From Candidatus Hermodarchaeota archaeon (GTDB taxonomy: Archaea > Asgardarchaeota > Thorarchaeia > Thorarchaeales > Thorarchaeaceae), in contig JBHLLF010000057.1 in NCBI GenBank assembly GCA_048885865.1, forward strand, positions 1 through 14,586: DNA of 14,586 bases. Direction: 5' to 3'. The translations under genes and the position numbers were made by a program. The notes beneath the pieces are model-generated. The model was not told the origin of the DNA and made no database searches. It worked only from the letters and a program-made list of their open reading frames with translations. Positions within the stretch are counted from its first letter, which is position 1. Every line of letters starts with the position of its first letter. Positions 7,502-14,586 of this stretch are shown here, in pieces.

Positions 7502-8698
7502 CTAATCCAGCCTAAGTGCGTAGAGGCCACCAACCGCTGCAACAACGATGATTCCAATGATGAGACCCCATCTCCAATCAATGAGAGGTGGAGGTGGATT
7601 GTTTGGATCTTCTTCAAGCAACAGGTCTTCGTATTGAGCGCCCAAGTAGGAGAGTGATTTGACAGCGTAGGATGAGAAGTACATCGAACCTGTTTCTGCT
7701 CCAGGTACGAGCGCGAAGCTCCCATCAACTGCTTGACAGTCAATAATGAACCTGGATGCAAGGTCTGCATCTACAGAAGCCAAGCTACCTAGTAGGTCAA
7801 GTGTTCTAAGCGCCCAATAAGTGCTGGCCAAATTTGTGTCGTTTGTCAGCAGGCCTTCTTCGAAACCTCCAATGAATTCGTTGTAGCTGGTTGAAATCAC
7901 CTGTCTCTGCAGAATCCAGTCAATTATGCCCTGACGATTCGGGATAGTTTCTCCCAATATTGTCAATGCTAAGACTCCAGCGGCTGTAGCTGTCACACCG
8001 GGTATTTCTGAATCGGGGCTAAGCTTGAATGCATCTCCATCCATGCAACTGAGAATCCAATCTACTGTATCTGTCGAATTCCAAAGCCACTTTTCCCAAG
8101 TGTCGTCCTCATCTGTCTGCAACGCAATCTCCATTGAATTGAGGGCTCGAAATGTTGAAATCAGGTCTGGTGAATTCCCAACCTCGTTTGAGAACCCTCC
8201 TTCCTCTGTATGTGTCTGATTAATCCACATAAGCGCTGCAGTTCCGTTCAGTTCAATAGAATTGATACCAGGAATATCTCCAAGTACATTCTGACTCAGG
8301 AGGTCAAACAGATTGATTGCATCAAAGGAATTCTTTTGGGTCACAGGTCCTGCTATGTATTCTCCGAAGGCGCCATATCTATCCGATGTTTCTGAAACAA
8401 GTATCCAGTGAAGCTTCTCTGTGAAATTCTTTACCCTGATAAAATCTAAGACGGGGGGCCTGACTCCCAATAGGTCCCAATCATCGAATATTGATATAGC
8501 GCCGAAGGTTGCGTATACGTAGGATGCTTCTTTGCCAGGGATCGTGTAGCCACCCTCTGTAGCATCATAATTCTCATCAATGTAAGCCCTAAGGGACTGT
8601 CTTCGAGTTGTAGGATTTGCCGAAACTGGTTGTGCCACTAGTGTTACAACAACTAGTGCAATCGCAATTGTAATTGCAGCGATTTTGACGCTTCTCAT
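7502..8698 (-). CDS. Exported, C-terminally membrane-anchored prenyltransferase/squalene oxidase repeat protein ((alpha/alpha)6 toroid)
   Basis: Signal peptide MRSVKIAAITIAIALVVVTLVAQPVSA starts at ATG 8698. About six repeats of the type W/F-I-x-x-x-Q..[DE]G[GS]F follow (e.g. FIIDCQAVDGSF, WINQTHTEEGGF), then a Pro-rich linker PNNPPPP and the TM helix WGLIIGIIVVAAVGGLYAL. Confidence 0.8.
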   Translation of the reverse strand: MRSVKIAAITIAIALVVVTLVAQPVSANPTTRRQSLRAYIDENYDATEGGYTIPGKEASYVYATFGAISIFDDWDLLGVRPPVLDFIRVKNFTEKLHWILVSETSDRYGAFGEYIAGPVTQKNSFDAINLFDLLSQNVLGDIPGINSIELNGTAALMWINQTHTEEGGFSNEVGNSPDLISTFRALNSMEIALQTDEDDTWEKWLWNSTDTVDWILSCMDGDAFKLSPDSEIPGVTATAAGVLALTILGETIPNRQGIIDWILQRQVISTSYNEFIGGFEEGLLTNDTNLASTYWALRTLDLLGSLASVDADLASRFIIDCQAVDGSFALVPGAETGSMYFSSYAVKSLSYLGAQYEDLLLEEDPNNPPPPLIDWRWGLIIGIIVVAAVGGLYALRLD

Positions 8699-8770
8699 AC
8701 GGACATCCCGTCTAGATATGATATCGCCGAGCGTTTTTGCTCCGCGTGAGAAGCCACGGACTTTAGAGCG

Positions 8771-8785
8771 GTTATTAACGTTTCC
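8771..8785 (-). promoter_or_regulatory. Putative BRE/TATA promoter of the prenyltransferase-fold gene
   Basis: The minus strand reads GGAAACG-TTAATAAC in the 124-nt gap after trxB. Confidence 0.4.
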
Positions 8786-8822
8786 CCAAGTAACAGATTG
8801 TACTACGAAATTTGCGATTGAA

Positions 8823-9767
8823 TCAGAGCGGCCCTCTCTGAACTTCGCGAATATGCTTGTAGGCAGAATCTGCAGCGATAGCACCTTGGCCAGCAGCAAC
8901 CACAATCTGCTTCATTGATTCGACAACATCTCCAGCAGCGAAGAAACCTGGGATATTTGTTCTTTGTTCTCCATCTGCATAGATTTCTCCCCGATTATTC
9001 ATCTTTACACCGAGAGGCTTGGCGAGCTTGCTTTCTGGATCAGAACCCAACGCCACAAAGGTCCCATCAACCTCTAATGTTCTCATTTCCCCTGTCTTGA
9101 CATTCTCCAATTGGATCTCTCTAAGAAGATGTTCGTCGCCACGGAACTCCTTGACCACGGTATCCCATAGGATTTCAACATGAGTGTCAAATATCATTTG
9201 CTGGATGATGTGTTCAGCTCTAAGGCGATCCCGACGATGAATTAGAAAGAGGGTGTCTGTCAGTTCTGAAAGATAAAGCGCTTCAGTGACTGCAGTGTTG
9301 CCGCCGCCAACGACTGCCAGCCTCTTATTTCTGAATAGAGGCCCGTCGCATGTTGCACAATAGGAAACGCCGCGTCCAGTATATTGCTCTTCACCAGGCA
9401 GGTTCAATTTCCTGTGCCCCCCGCCGGTGGCAAGTATAACAGCCTGAGCTTGATACACACCGCGTCTTGTATCGAGATGGAAACCACCATTATCATCCAT
9501 CTCAATGCTCCTAACTTCAGTTATTTCTTTGATAGTCGCTCCACTCTTCCTGACCTGTTCCTTCATCTTCTCAGCTAATTCTATTCCTGTGATGAAGGAG
9601 TAACCTGGGTAATTTTCAATACCTGGTGACGTCGCCTGTGCTCCCCCGAGGACTTTTGACTCAAGGAGTATGGTCTTCAGTCCATAGCGTGAACCATAGA
9701 TGGCACCTGTCATGCCGGCCGGTCCTCCGCCTACGACAACCAGTTCCCAAGTTAGGTCTTCGGTCAT
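8823..9767 (-). CDS. trxB: Thioredoxin-disulfide reductase
   Basis: FAD motif GGGPAG, IENYPG, active site GVSYCATCDG, NADPH motif GGGNTA, HRRDRLRA and FAAGDV; RBS GGAGG upstream. Confidence 0.95.
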   Translation of the reverse strand: MTEDLTWELVVVGGGPAGMTGAIYGSRYGLKTILLESKVLGGAQATSPGIENYPGYSFITGIELAEKMKEQVRKSGATIKEITEVRSIEMDDNGGFHLDTRRGVYQAQAVILATGGGHRKLNLPGEEQYTGRGVSYCATCDGPLFRNKRLAVVGGGNTAVTEALYLSELTDTLFLIHRRDRLRAEHIIQQMIFDTHVEILWDTVVKEFRGDEHLLREIQLENVKTGEMRTLEVDGTFVALGSDPESKLAKPLGVKMNNRGEIYADGEQRTNIPGFFAAGDVVESMKQIVVAAGQGAIAADSAYKHIREVQRGPL

Positions 9768-9781
9768 ATTGGTCCTCCATG

Positions 9782-9802
9782 AAAAGGAGCTATGCGCAGC
9801 TC
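9782..9802 (-). terminator. Putative hairpin plus U-tract terminator downstream of the P-loop NTPase gene
   Basis: The minus strand reads GAGCTG-CGCA-TAGCTC-CTTTT, starting 20 nt after the stop codon at 9823. Confidence 0.4.
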
Positions 9803-9822
9803 AGTCATCGATACTCCTCTAA

Positions 9823-10692
9823 TTAAGACTTGTTTGACGGTCCTCTCGCTAAGAGACTTTCTAGCAGTGTAGCGGAATCCAAGCCCTTTGGAGACCACGC
9901 ACTGCGGCCAATAGGTTTCAGCAAGTCATTGATTCTGCTAAATGTCACTTCTCTAATTGGCATGCTCGGACGCTTTTGTAGGAAAGCCGCTTTTCTGAAT
10001 CTCTCAGGGTCGTAGCTGAAAGCTTGACCTGGTCCAACAACAAGTACGAGGTCTACACTATCCAAGCCTTCCCAAATCCAAGCTGTATCATTGAATGATT
10101 CTATTACAACAAGGTCAGTGCCATCTTCAACACAAGAGAATGAGGAGTTCACGCAATCCTCGAGATTCATATTCTCGAATTGCTGTATCTCCTCAAGGGA
10201 TTCAATTGATTGCTTCTCTACATTTTCGGTGAGCAGCTTAAACTCCTCATATGTAAGGAGCAGGTCGCCTCTTTCAATAAGCCTCTCTGCACTAAGAATC
10301 GTAGAACGTACGCCCTTGCCATGAGGCCAACTGAAACGTTGCAGCGCAATGATTGAATCTGGTCCTGCAAGACCGAGCGTACTTGGGATGTTCAACAAAG
10401 GCTTGTCAGGCGAAGCCGGTACGTACAGTCTGTGGATGGGATTGAGAATGTAGTCGTCCTTCTTCGATTCCGTCAGTATCTTGATGGATGCAAGGTCTGC
10501 AGAGAAAATCCGTTTCTGCTCCAGCAAATGTTGAGTATGGGCGAACCTTTGCCAGTAGTTATGAGCACTCATTGGCTTGAAATATTCAATTGAACTGAAA
10601 TGGTGATGCAATCTATCAATCAATAGCCCTGCGAACGTGGTCTTTCCTGAATCGAAAGAACTCATGCCCACTAGCAGGACTCGCTTTGTCAT
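9823..10692 (-). CDS. Predicted archaeal P-loop ATPase/GTPase (SIMIBI/BioD-like, resembling COG4028)
   Basis: N-terminal Walker A VGMSSFDSGKTT, a BioD/CobQ-like FKP motif (FKPMSAHNYW) and a Walker B-like DLVVIESFND. Confidence 0.8.
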   Translation of the reverse strand: MTKRVLLVGMSSFDSGKTTFAGLLIDRLHHHFSSIEYFKPMSAHNYWQRFAHTQHLLEQKRIFSADLASIKILTESKKDDYILNPIHRLYVPASPDKPLLNIPSTLGLAGPDSIIALQRFSWPHGKGVRSTILSAERLIERGDLLLTYEEFKLLTENVEKQSIESLEEIQQFENMNLEDCVNSSFSCVEDGTDLVVIESFNDTAWIWEGLDSVDLVLVVGPGQAFSYDPERFRKAAFLQKRPSMPIREVTFSRINDLLKPIGRSAWSPKGLDSATLLESLLARGPSNKS

Positions 10693-10708
10693 CGGAGTTT
10701 TGCTCCAG

Positions 10709-10740
10709 AAAAAGAATAGAGAAGGAGCCCGTAGGCTCCC
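10709..10740 (-). terminator. Hairpin plus pyrimidine/U-tract terminator of the thermosome gene
   Basis: The minus strand reads GGAGCC-TACG-GGCTCC (a C(UACG)G UNCG tetraloop) followed by TTCTCTATTCTTTTT, starting about 18 nt after the stop. Confidence 0.7.
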
Positions 10741-10757
10741 TGTTTTCCTTGGACGTT

Positions 10758-12419
10758 CTACATCATGCCGGGCATTCCGCCCATGCCACCCATGCCGCCC
10801 ATTCCGCCTGGTGGACCTTCTGCACCTGGTGGTGGACCTGCCTTGGCAGCAATCACATCGTCAATCCTTAGGATCATCTGTGCAGCTTCAGCAGCAGAAC
10901 GGATAGCCTGACTCTTGACACGGGAGGGTTCAATGACTCCGGCTTTCATCATGTCAGTGGACTTACCCTTTAGGACATCAACGCCATACCAGAGTCCAGT
11001 TTCTTTGGAGTGCTCCTTCTTCAGGTCTGCAATGATGTCAATTGGATCATGTCCGCCATTCTCAGCTAGCGTCTTTGGTACAACTCTCAATGATTCAGCG
11101 AAGGCCTCGATTGCTAGTTGTTCGCGTCCTTTGACCTTGTCTGCGTAGTCCTCCAAGCGCCTTGAGATCTCCGCCTCGGTTGAACCGCCGCCTGCAACAT
11201 AGGTGCCATCTTCAACAACGTTTCGCACCACGCAGAGGGCGTCATGCAGTGCTCTATCTGCTTCATCCACAACGTGTTCTGTGCCGCCTCTAATCACAAC
11301 TGATACAGCCTTGGGGTCTTTACAGTCTCTGACATAGACAAGCTTGTCTTCTGCAATCTTTATTTCCTCAACAATACCTGCCTCTCCCAAAGATTCTGCA
11401 GATATCTCATCCAAGCTTGTTGCAATCTGTCCGCCAGTAGCTTTCGCAAGCTTCTCTAGCGTGCTCTTCTTAGCTCTCCTGATTGACATTATTCCTGCCT
11501 TTGCGAGGTAATGCTGTGCCACATCGTCAATGCCTTTCTGACAGACGAGAACATTTGCACCTGAATTGATGATTTTGTCAACCATATTCCTCAGCATCCT
11601 CTCTTCTTCATCGAGGAATGCCTTAATCTGGTCCGGAGTTTCAATCTTAATTTCTGCATCAAACTCAGTCTTCTCAACCTCGATTGCAGCGTTGACCAGA
11701 GCAATCTTGGCTTTCTCGACTTTTCTTGGCATTGCTGCGTGAACAACTTCTTTGTCAATGACCATGCCATTTACCAGTTCGGTTTCTGTGAGGCTTTTGC
11801 CCTGTTTCTTGATTATCTCAATCATGTCAACGTCGGCTGTGACTTTGCCATTGCTTTCTTCGGCAATCTGTAGAACAGCATCCACAGCAATCTTGGCAAA
11901 GTGCTCCTTGGAGCCAACAATGGATTTACTGTTCATTGAAGTTTCGGCGATTCCGGTAAGGACCTTCTTGTCTCTACCTGCCATCATGACTGAGATTTCT
12001 TTCAGAATCTTCGTTGCCTCTTCTGCAGCCTTCTGATAGCCGCTCACAACAATGGTTGGATGAATCTTCTTCTCGAGCAAATCCTGGGCTCGCTTGAGCA
12101 GTTCTCCGGCAATCACGACCGATGTGGTTGTTCCGTCACCGGTTTCCTGGTCCTGACTCTTAGCAACCTCAACAAGCATCTTTGCTGCAGGATGTTGTAC
12201 GTCTATCTCCTTTAGGATTGATGCGCCGTCATTGGTGATTGTAACGTCTCCCAAAGAATCAACGAGCATCTTGTCCATACCACGAGGTCCTAGAGTGGAC
12301 TTCACAGCATCAGAGATGACGATCCCTGCCATGATGTTGTTGGCCTGTGCTGACTTTCCTCTGGTACGGGATGTACCTTCCTTGAGGATAAGCACTGGTG
12401 TTCCAGACATCTGTGCCAT
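10758..12419 (-). CDS. ths: Thermosome subunit (group II chaperonin)
   Basis: STLGPRGMDKMLVD, TITNDGASIL, GDGTTT, QKGIDDVAQHYL and LRIDDVIAA motifs, with a C-terminal GGM repeat tail; 553 aa. The alpha/beta paralogue cannot be assigned. Confidence 0.98.
   Translation of the reverse strand: MAQMSGTPVLILKEGTSRTRGKSAQANNIMAGIVISDAVKSTLGPRGMDKMLVDSLGDVTITNDGASILKEIDVQHPAAKMLVEVAKSQDQETGDGTTTSVVIAGELLKRAQDLLEKKIHPTIVVSGYQKAAEEATKILKEISVMMAGRDKKVLTGIAETSMNSKSIVGSKEHFAKIAVDAVLQIAEESNGKVTADVDMIEIIKKQGKSLTETELVNGMVIDKEVVHAAMPRKVEKAKIALVNAAIEVEKTEFDAEIKIETPDQIKAFLDEEERMLRNMVDKIINSGANVLVCQKGIDDVAQHYLAKAGIMSIRRAKKSTLEKLAKATGGQIATSLDEISAESLGEAGIVEEIKIAEDKLVYVRDCKDPKAVSVVIRGGTEHVVDEADRALHDALCVVRNVVEDGTYVAGGGSTEAEISRRLEDYADKVKGREQLAIEAFAESLRVVPKTLAENGGHDPIDIIADLKKEHSKETGLWYGVDVLKGKSTDMMKAGVIEPSRVKSQAIRSAAEAAQMILRIDDVIAAKAGPPPGAEGPPGGMGGMGGMGGMPGMM
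10761..10811 (-). repeat. Coding Gly-Gly-Met tandem repeat of the chaperonin C-terminal tail
   Basis: 9-nt units GGCGGAATG/GGCGGCATG/GGTGGCATG encode GGMGGMGGMGGMPGMM. Confidence 0.8.
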
Positions 12420-12504
12420 TTCAATTTCCTCTAATGGTTGTTTAAATTATAAAAGTGTACATACACTTCGTATGCACTTCTGCCTAAACTGCCCATGGAC
12501 TTCG

Positions 12505-12519
12505 TATAAAAACTTTCCC
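12505..12519 (-). promoter_or_regulatory. BRE/TATA promoter of the thermosome gene
   Basis: The minus strand reads GGGAAAG-TTTTTATA about 85 nt upstream of the ATG. This implies a start site near 12480 and a leader of about 60 nt containing the RBS-like AGAGGA. Confidence 0.65.
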
Positions 12520-12585
12520 AAATGTGAGTGTGAAAACAGAAAAACCCAATTGCGATTTGCTTCATTCTGCTGTGAGGACAACCAC

Positions 12586-13050
12586 ATGGTTTCCACAGCA
12601 CGACGGGCATTGATTGTAGTGGTTCTAATTGCAATGCTTCTGGGAGTGGGATTCGCGGTCTTGGACTATAACTATCTAGGAATTGGTCAGGTAGATGAAC
12701 ATGGACTGTTCTATATCAGCGGGATTCAAGACACGAATAACAATGAGTCCTATACTATTGAGTTCCATGGTGTGAGCTTCACCTTCATGCACTACAACCT
12801 CCCTGTGTTTTATGATGAAAATGGAACCGCTCATACAGTAGTTGATGCTCCAAATACGGCCCACTTCATGCTGATGTATCCTGATGATGAGGTGGAATAT
12901 CTCAATCTCAGTGTAGGGGGCTACGCTCCAGTTCGTCCTGTTTCTCCGCTCCGCCCGGTTTTAGGGGGCCATATCACACCAAACGCCGGAGTTGCCACGG
13001 CGTTCACGCCACAGCTTCATTTCAAATGGGTCTATCTTGTTGCAGTCTGA
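12586..13050 (+). CDS. Hypothetical N-terminally membrane-anchored or secreted protein
   Basis: ATG 12586 has GAGGA upstream. The basic then hydrophobic N-terminus RRALIVVVLIAMLLGVGFAVL is followed by a beta-strand-rich region with sequons NES, NGT and NLS; 154 aa. The longer 12232 ORF start overlaps the thermosome gene and is not real. Confidence 0.75.
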   Translation: MVSTARRALIVVVLIAMLLGVGFAVLDYNYLGIGQVDEHGLFYISGIQDTNNNESYTIEFHGVSFTFMHYNLPVFYDENGTAHTVVDAPNTAHFMLMYPDDEVEYLNLSVGGYAPVRPVSPLRPVLGGHITPNAGVATAFTPQLHFKWVYLVAV

Positions 13051-13170
13051 ATCTTTACATCAATGGACCTGCAGGGGCTGAGAATCTTTTTCCTCTGAAG
13101 CAAAGATGATAAGTGAGAGCCGATACTCACAGCCAACTCAGATGCCGAAGCGATTTGAGGAGGCAAACGA

Positions 13171-14586
13171 TTGGACATCACAATCAACATAGGCGGCGAA
13201 GCTGGTCAGGGAATAGACACGATCGGTGACCTGTTGACACAGGTCTTCGTACAGTCCGGCTTCTACACCTTCACCATCAAGGACTTCGAGTCCAGAATTC
13301 GAGGAGGGTACAATTTTAGTCAGATCAGAATTGCTGACAGTCCTATACATGCTCCAGTGGATGGCATTGATCTTATAGTTGCGCTCTCTCACGATGCTAT
13401 TGTTGGGAAACGAAAGCAACTTGTGGATGGAGGAGTCATTATCTTCAATGACAGCATTGAGTATGATGAGCTCGATTCATGTCACTATCCTGCTCCATTA
13501 GAGAGGATGGCGAAGGAGGTCGGTGGCAATATCAGGATGATGAACGCGGCTGCTTTAGGGGCAGTACTAGCCATCATCAAGTATCCATTCAAGCTTGCGG
13601 AGGAAGCTCTTAGTGGCATATTCCTGAGAAAGGGTCGCAAGATAGTAGATGCCAATGTAGAGGTAGCTAAAGCACTTTACGACTTGACTATGGAGAAATG
13701 GACTGGATCATGTGCTCATGATATGAGTGACGTCAAAACAGGGCCATCCAAGGATAGACTCATTCTCACGGGAAATCGTGCCATCGCACTAGGAGCTATG
13801 GCTGCAAATCTCAAATGGATTTCCTCATATCCAATGAGCCCTTCCACAGCCTGCTTTCAAGATGTAGTTAGTAATGCCCAACGTCTGAAGATTGGAACAC
13901 TTCAGACTGAGGATGAGATTGCTTCGATAACTATGGCGACAGGTGCTTCCTTTGCTGGAGCGCGTAGTATGGTGACTACTTCAGGTGGTGGTTTCTCACT
14001 TATGGTCGAAGGCTTAGGCTTGGCTGCGATGACTGAAACACCTATTGTTATCTACAACGCCCAGCGTCCTGGCCCAAGTACGGGATTGCCAACACGAACT
14101 GAGCAGGGTGATCTATTATTCATGCTGACTGCCAGCCAAGGTGAATTTCCAAGAATAATGCTTGCACCAAAGGATCCAATCGAAGGCTTTGAGGTAGCTA
14201 CTAGGGCATTTAATCTCGCGGATAAGTTCCAGGTCCCTGTCATGATTCTAGGTGATCAATACTTTGCTGACTCTGTCATGAATGTGCCAAGAATTGACGC
14301 GACGAAAGTGGAGATTGACAGGGGAAAGAGAGCGCCTGAGAAAATGTCCGAGCCGTATGAGCGATTCAAACTAGCAAAAGACGGAGTTTCCCCAATTGCA
14401 TTTCCTGGGGACAAGGGCAAATTCGTTGTAGCTTCTGGCAATGCGCATCTCGAGAATGGCCATATAACAGAAGACCCCGCTATGCGGAATTTGATGGTTG
14501 AGAAGTTCATGAAGAAGGTTCCAGGTATTCTGAAGTCCCTTAATCCTCCTGAGATCTTTGGTGGCAGGGGAGCAGAGAATACTCTG
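13171..14586 (+). CDS. korA: 2-oxoacid:ferredoxin oxidoreductase alpha subunit (fused gamma-alpha type), partial, runs off the window end
   Basis: Translated by hand from TTG 13171, which has RBS GAGGAGG at 13157-13163 and an in-frame TGA at 13156. Motifs: IGGEAGQGI, ESRIRGG, GNRAIALGA, YPMSPS, QTEDEIA, TTSGGGFSLMVEGLGLAAMTETP and QRPGPSTGLPTRTEQGD. Substrate specificity is not determinable. Confidence 0.93.
   Translation, partial: MDITINIGGEAGQGIDTIGDLLTQVFVQSGFYTFTIKDFESRIRGGYNFSQIRIADSPIHAPVDGIDLIVALSHDAIVGKRKQLVDGGVIIFNDSIEYDELDSCHYPAPLERMAKEVGGNIRMMNAAALGAVLAIIKYPFKLAEEALSGIFLRKGRKIVDANVEVAKALYDLTMEKWTGSCAHDMSDVKTGPSKDRLILTGNRAIALGAMAANLKWISSYPMSPSTACFQDVVSNAQRLKIGTLQTEDEIASITMATGASFAGARSMVTTSGGGFSLMVEGLGLAAMTETPIVIYNAQRPGPSTGLPTRTEQGDLLFMLTASQGEFPRIMLAPKDPIEGFEVATRAFNLADKFQVPVMILGDQYFADSVMNVPRIDATKVEIDRGKRAPEKMSEPYERFKLAKDGVSPIAFPGDKGKFVVASGNAHLENGHITEDPAMRNLMVEKFMKKVPGILKSLNPPEIFGGRGAENTL

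Noticed and set aside
8699-8905. 69-aa N-terminal extension of the 467-aa ORF
   Set aside because: It overlaps the trxB 3' end and spans a promoter-like element. A clean signal peptide begins at ATG 8698.
8735-10706. Shared 9-mer GGAGCAAAA (minus strand) upstream of two genes, at 8735-8743 and 10698-10706
   Set aside because: Only two copies at different distances from the start codons; a shared 9-mer is compatible with chance.
12232-12585. N-terminal 118 aa of the 272-aa plus-strand ORF
   Set aside because: It is antisense to the thermosome 5' end and crosses its promoter. The likely start is ATG 12586, which has an RBS and a signal anchor.
1-14586. CRISPR array, tRNA/rRNA, transposase or integrase
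   Set aside because: No spaced direct repeats, cloverleaf signatures, terminal inverted repeats or recombinase motifs were found by eye, and nearly all of the sequence is explained by CDSs.

Overview
Gene-dense archaeal housekeeping window. Archaeal origin is shown by a group II chaperonin, the archaeal HMGCS-thiolase-DUF35 triad, BRE/TATA promoters and GAGGTGA/GGAGG ribosome-binding sites. A narrower lineage such as Asgard/Thorarchaeia is only an impression and cannot be shown from this window. From left to right: an Icc-like metallophosphoesterase (+); the upper mevalonate operon (-, transcribed HMG-CoA synthase > thiolase > DUF35); a divergent ThiS/MoaD/SAMP-like ubiquitin-fold protein ending in GG (+); a run of seven minus-strand genes, transcribed thermosome > SIMIBI-type P-loop NTPase > thioredoxin reductase > membrane-anchored prenyltransferase-fold protein > HerA/VirB4-like protein > AbrB-ACT regulator > AsnB-like enzyme; a small membrane-anchored hypothetical protein (+); and a 3'-truncated 2-oxoacid:ferredoxin oxidoreductase alpha subunit (+, TTG start, absent from the ORF track). 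The most unusual part is 3720-8698. Three proteins there appear to have lost catalytic residues: a HerA/VirB4-like ATPase without Walker A, catalytic Glu or Arg finger; an exported prenyltransferase-beta-like toroid without Zn ligands; and an AsnB homologue with a dead, shortened glutaminase domain that converges on the ubiquitin-like gene. No rRNA, tRNA, CRISPR array or mobile element was seen.
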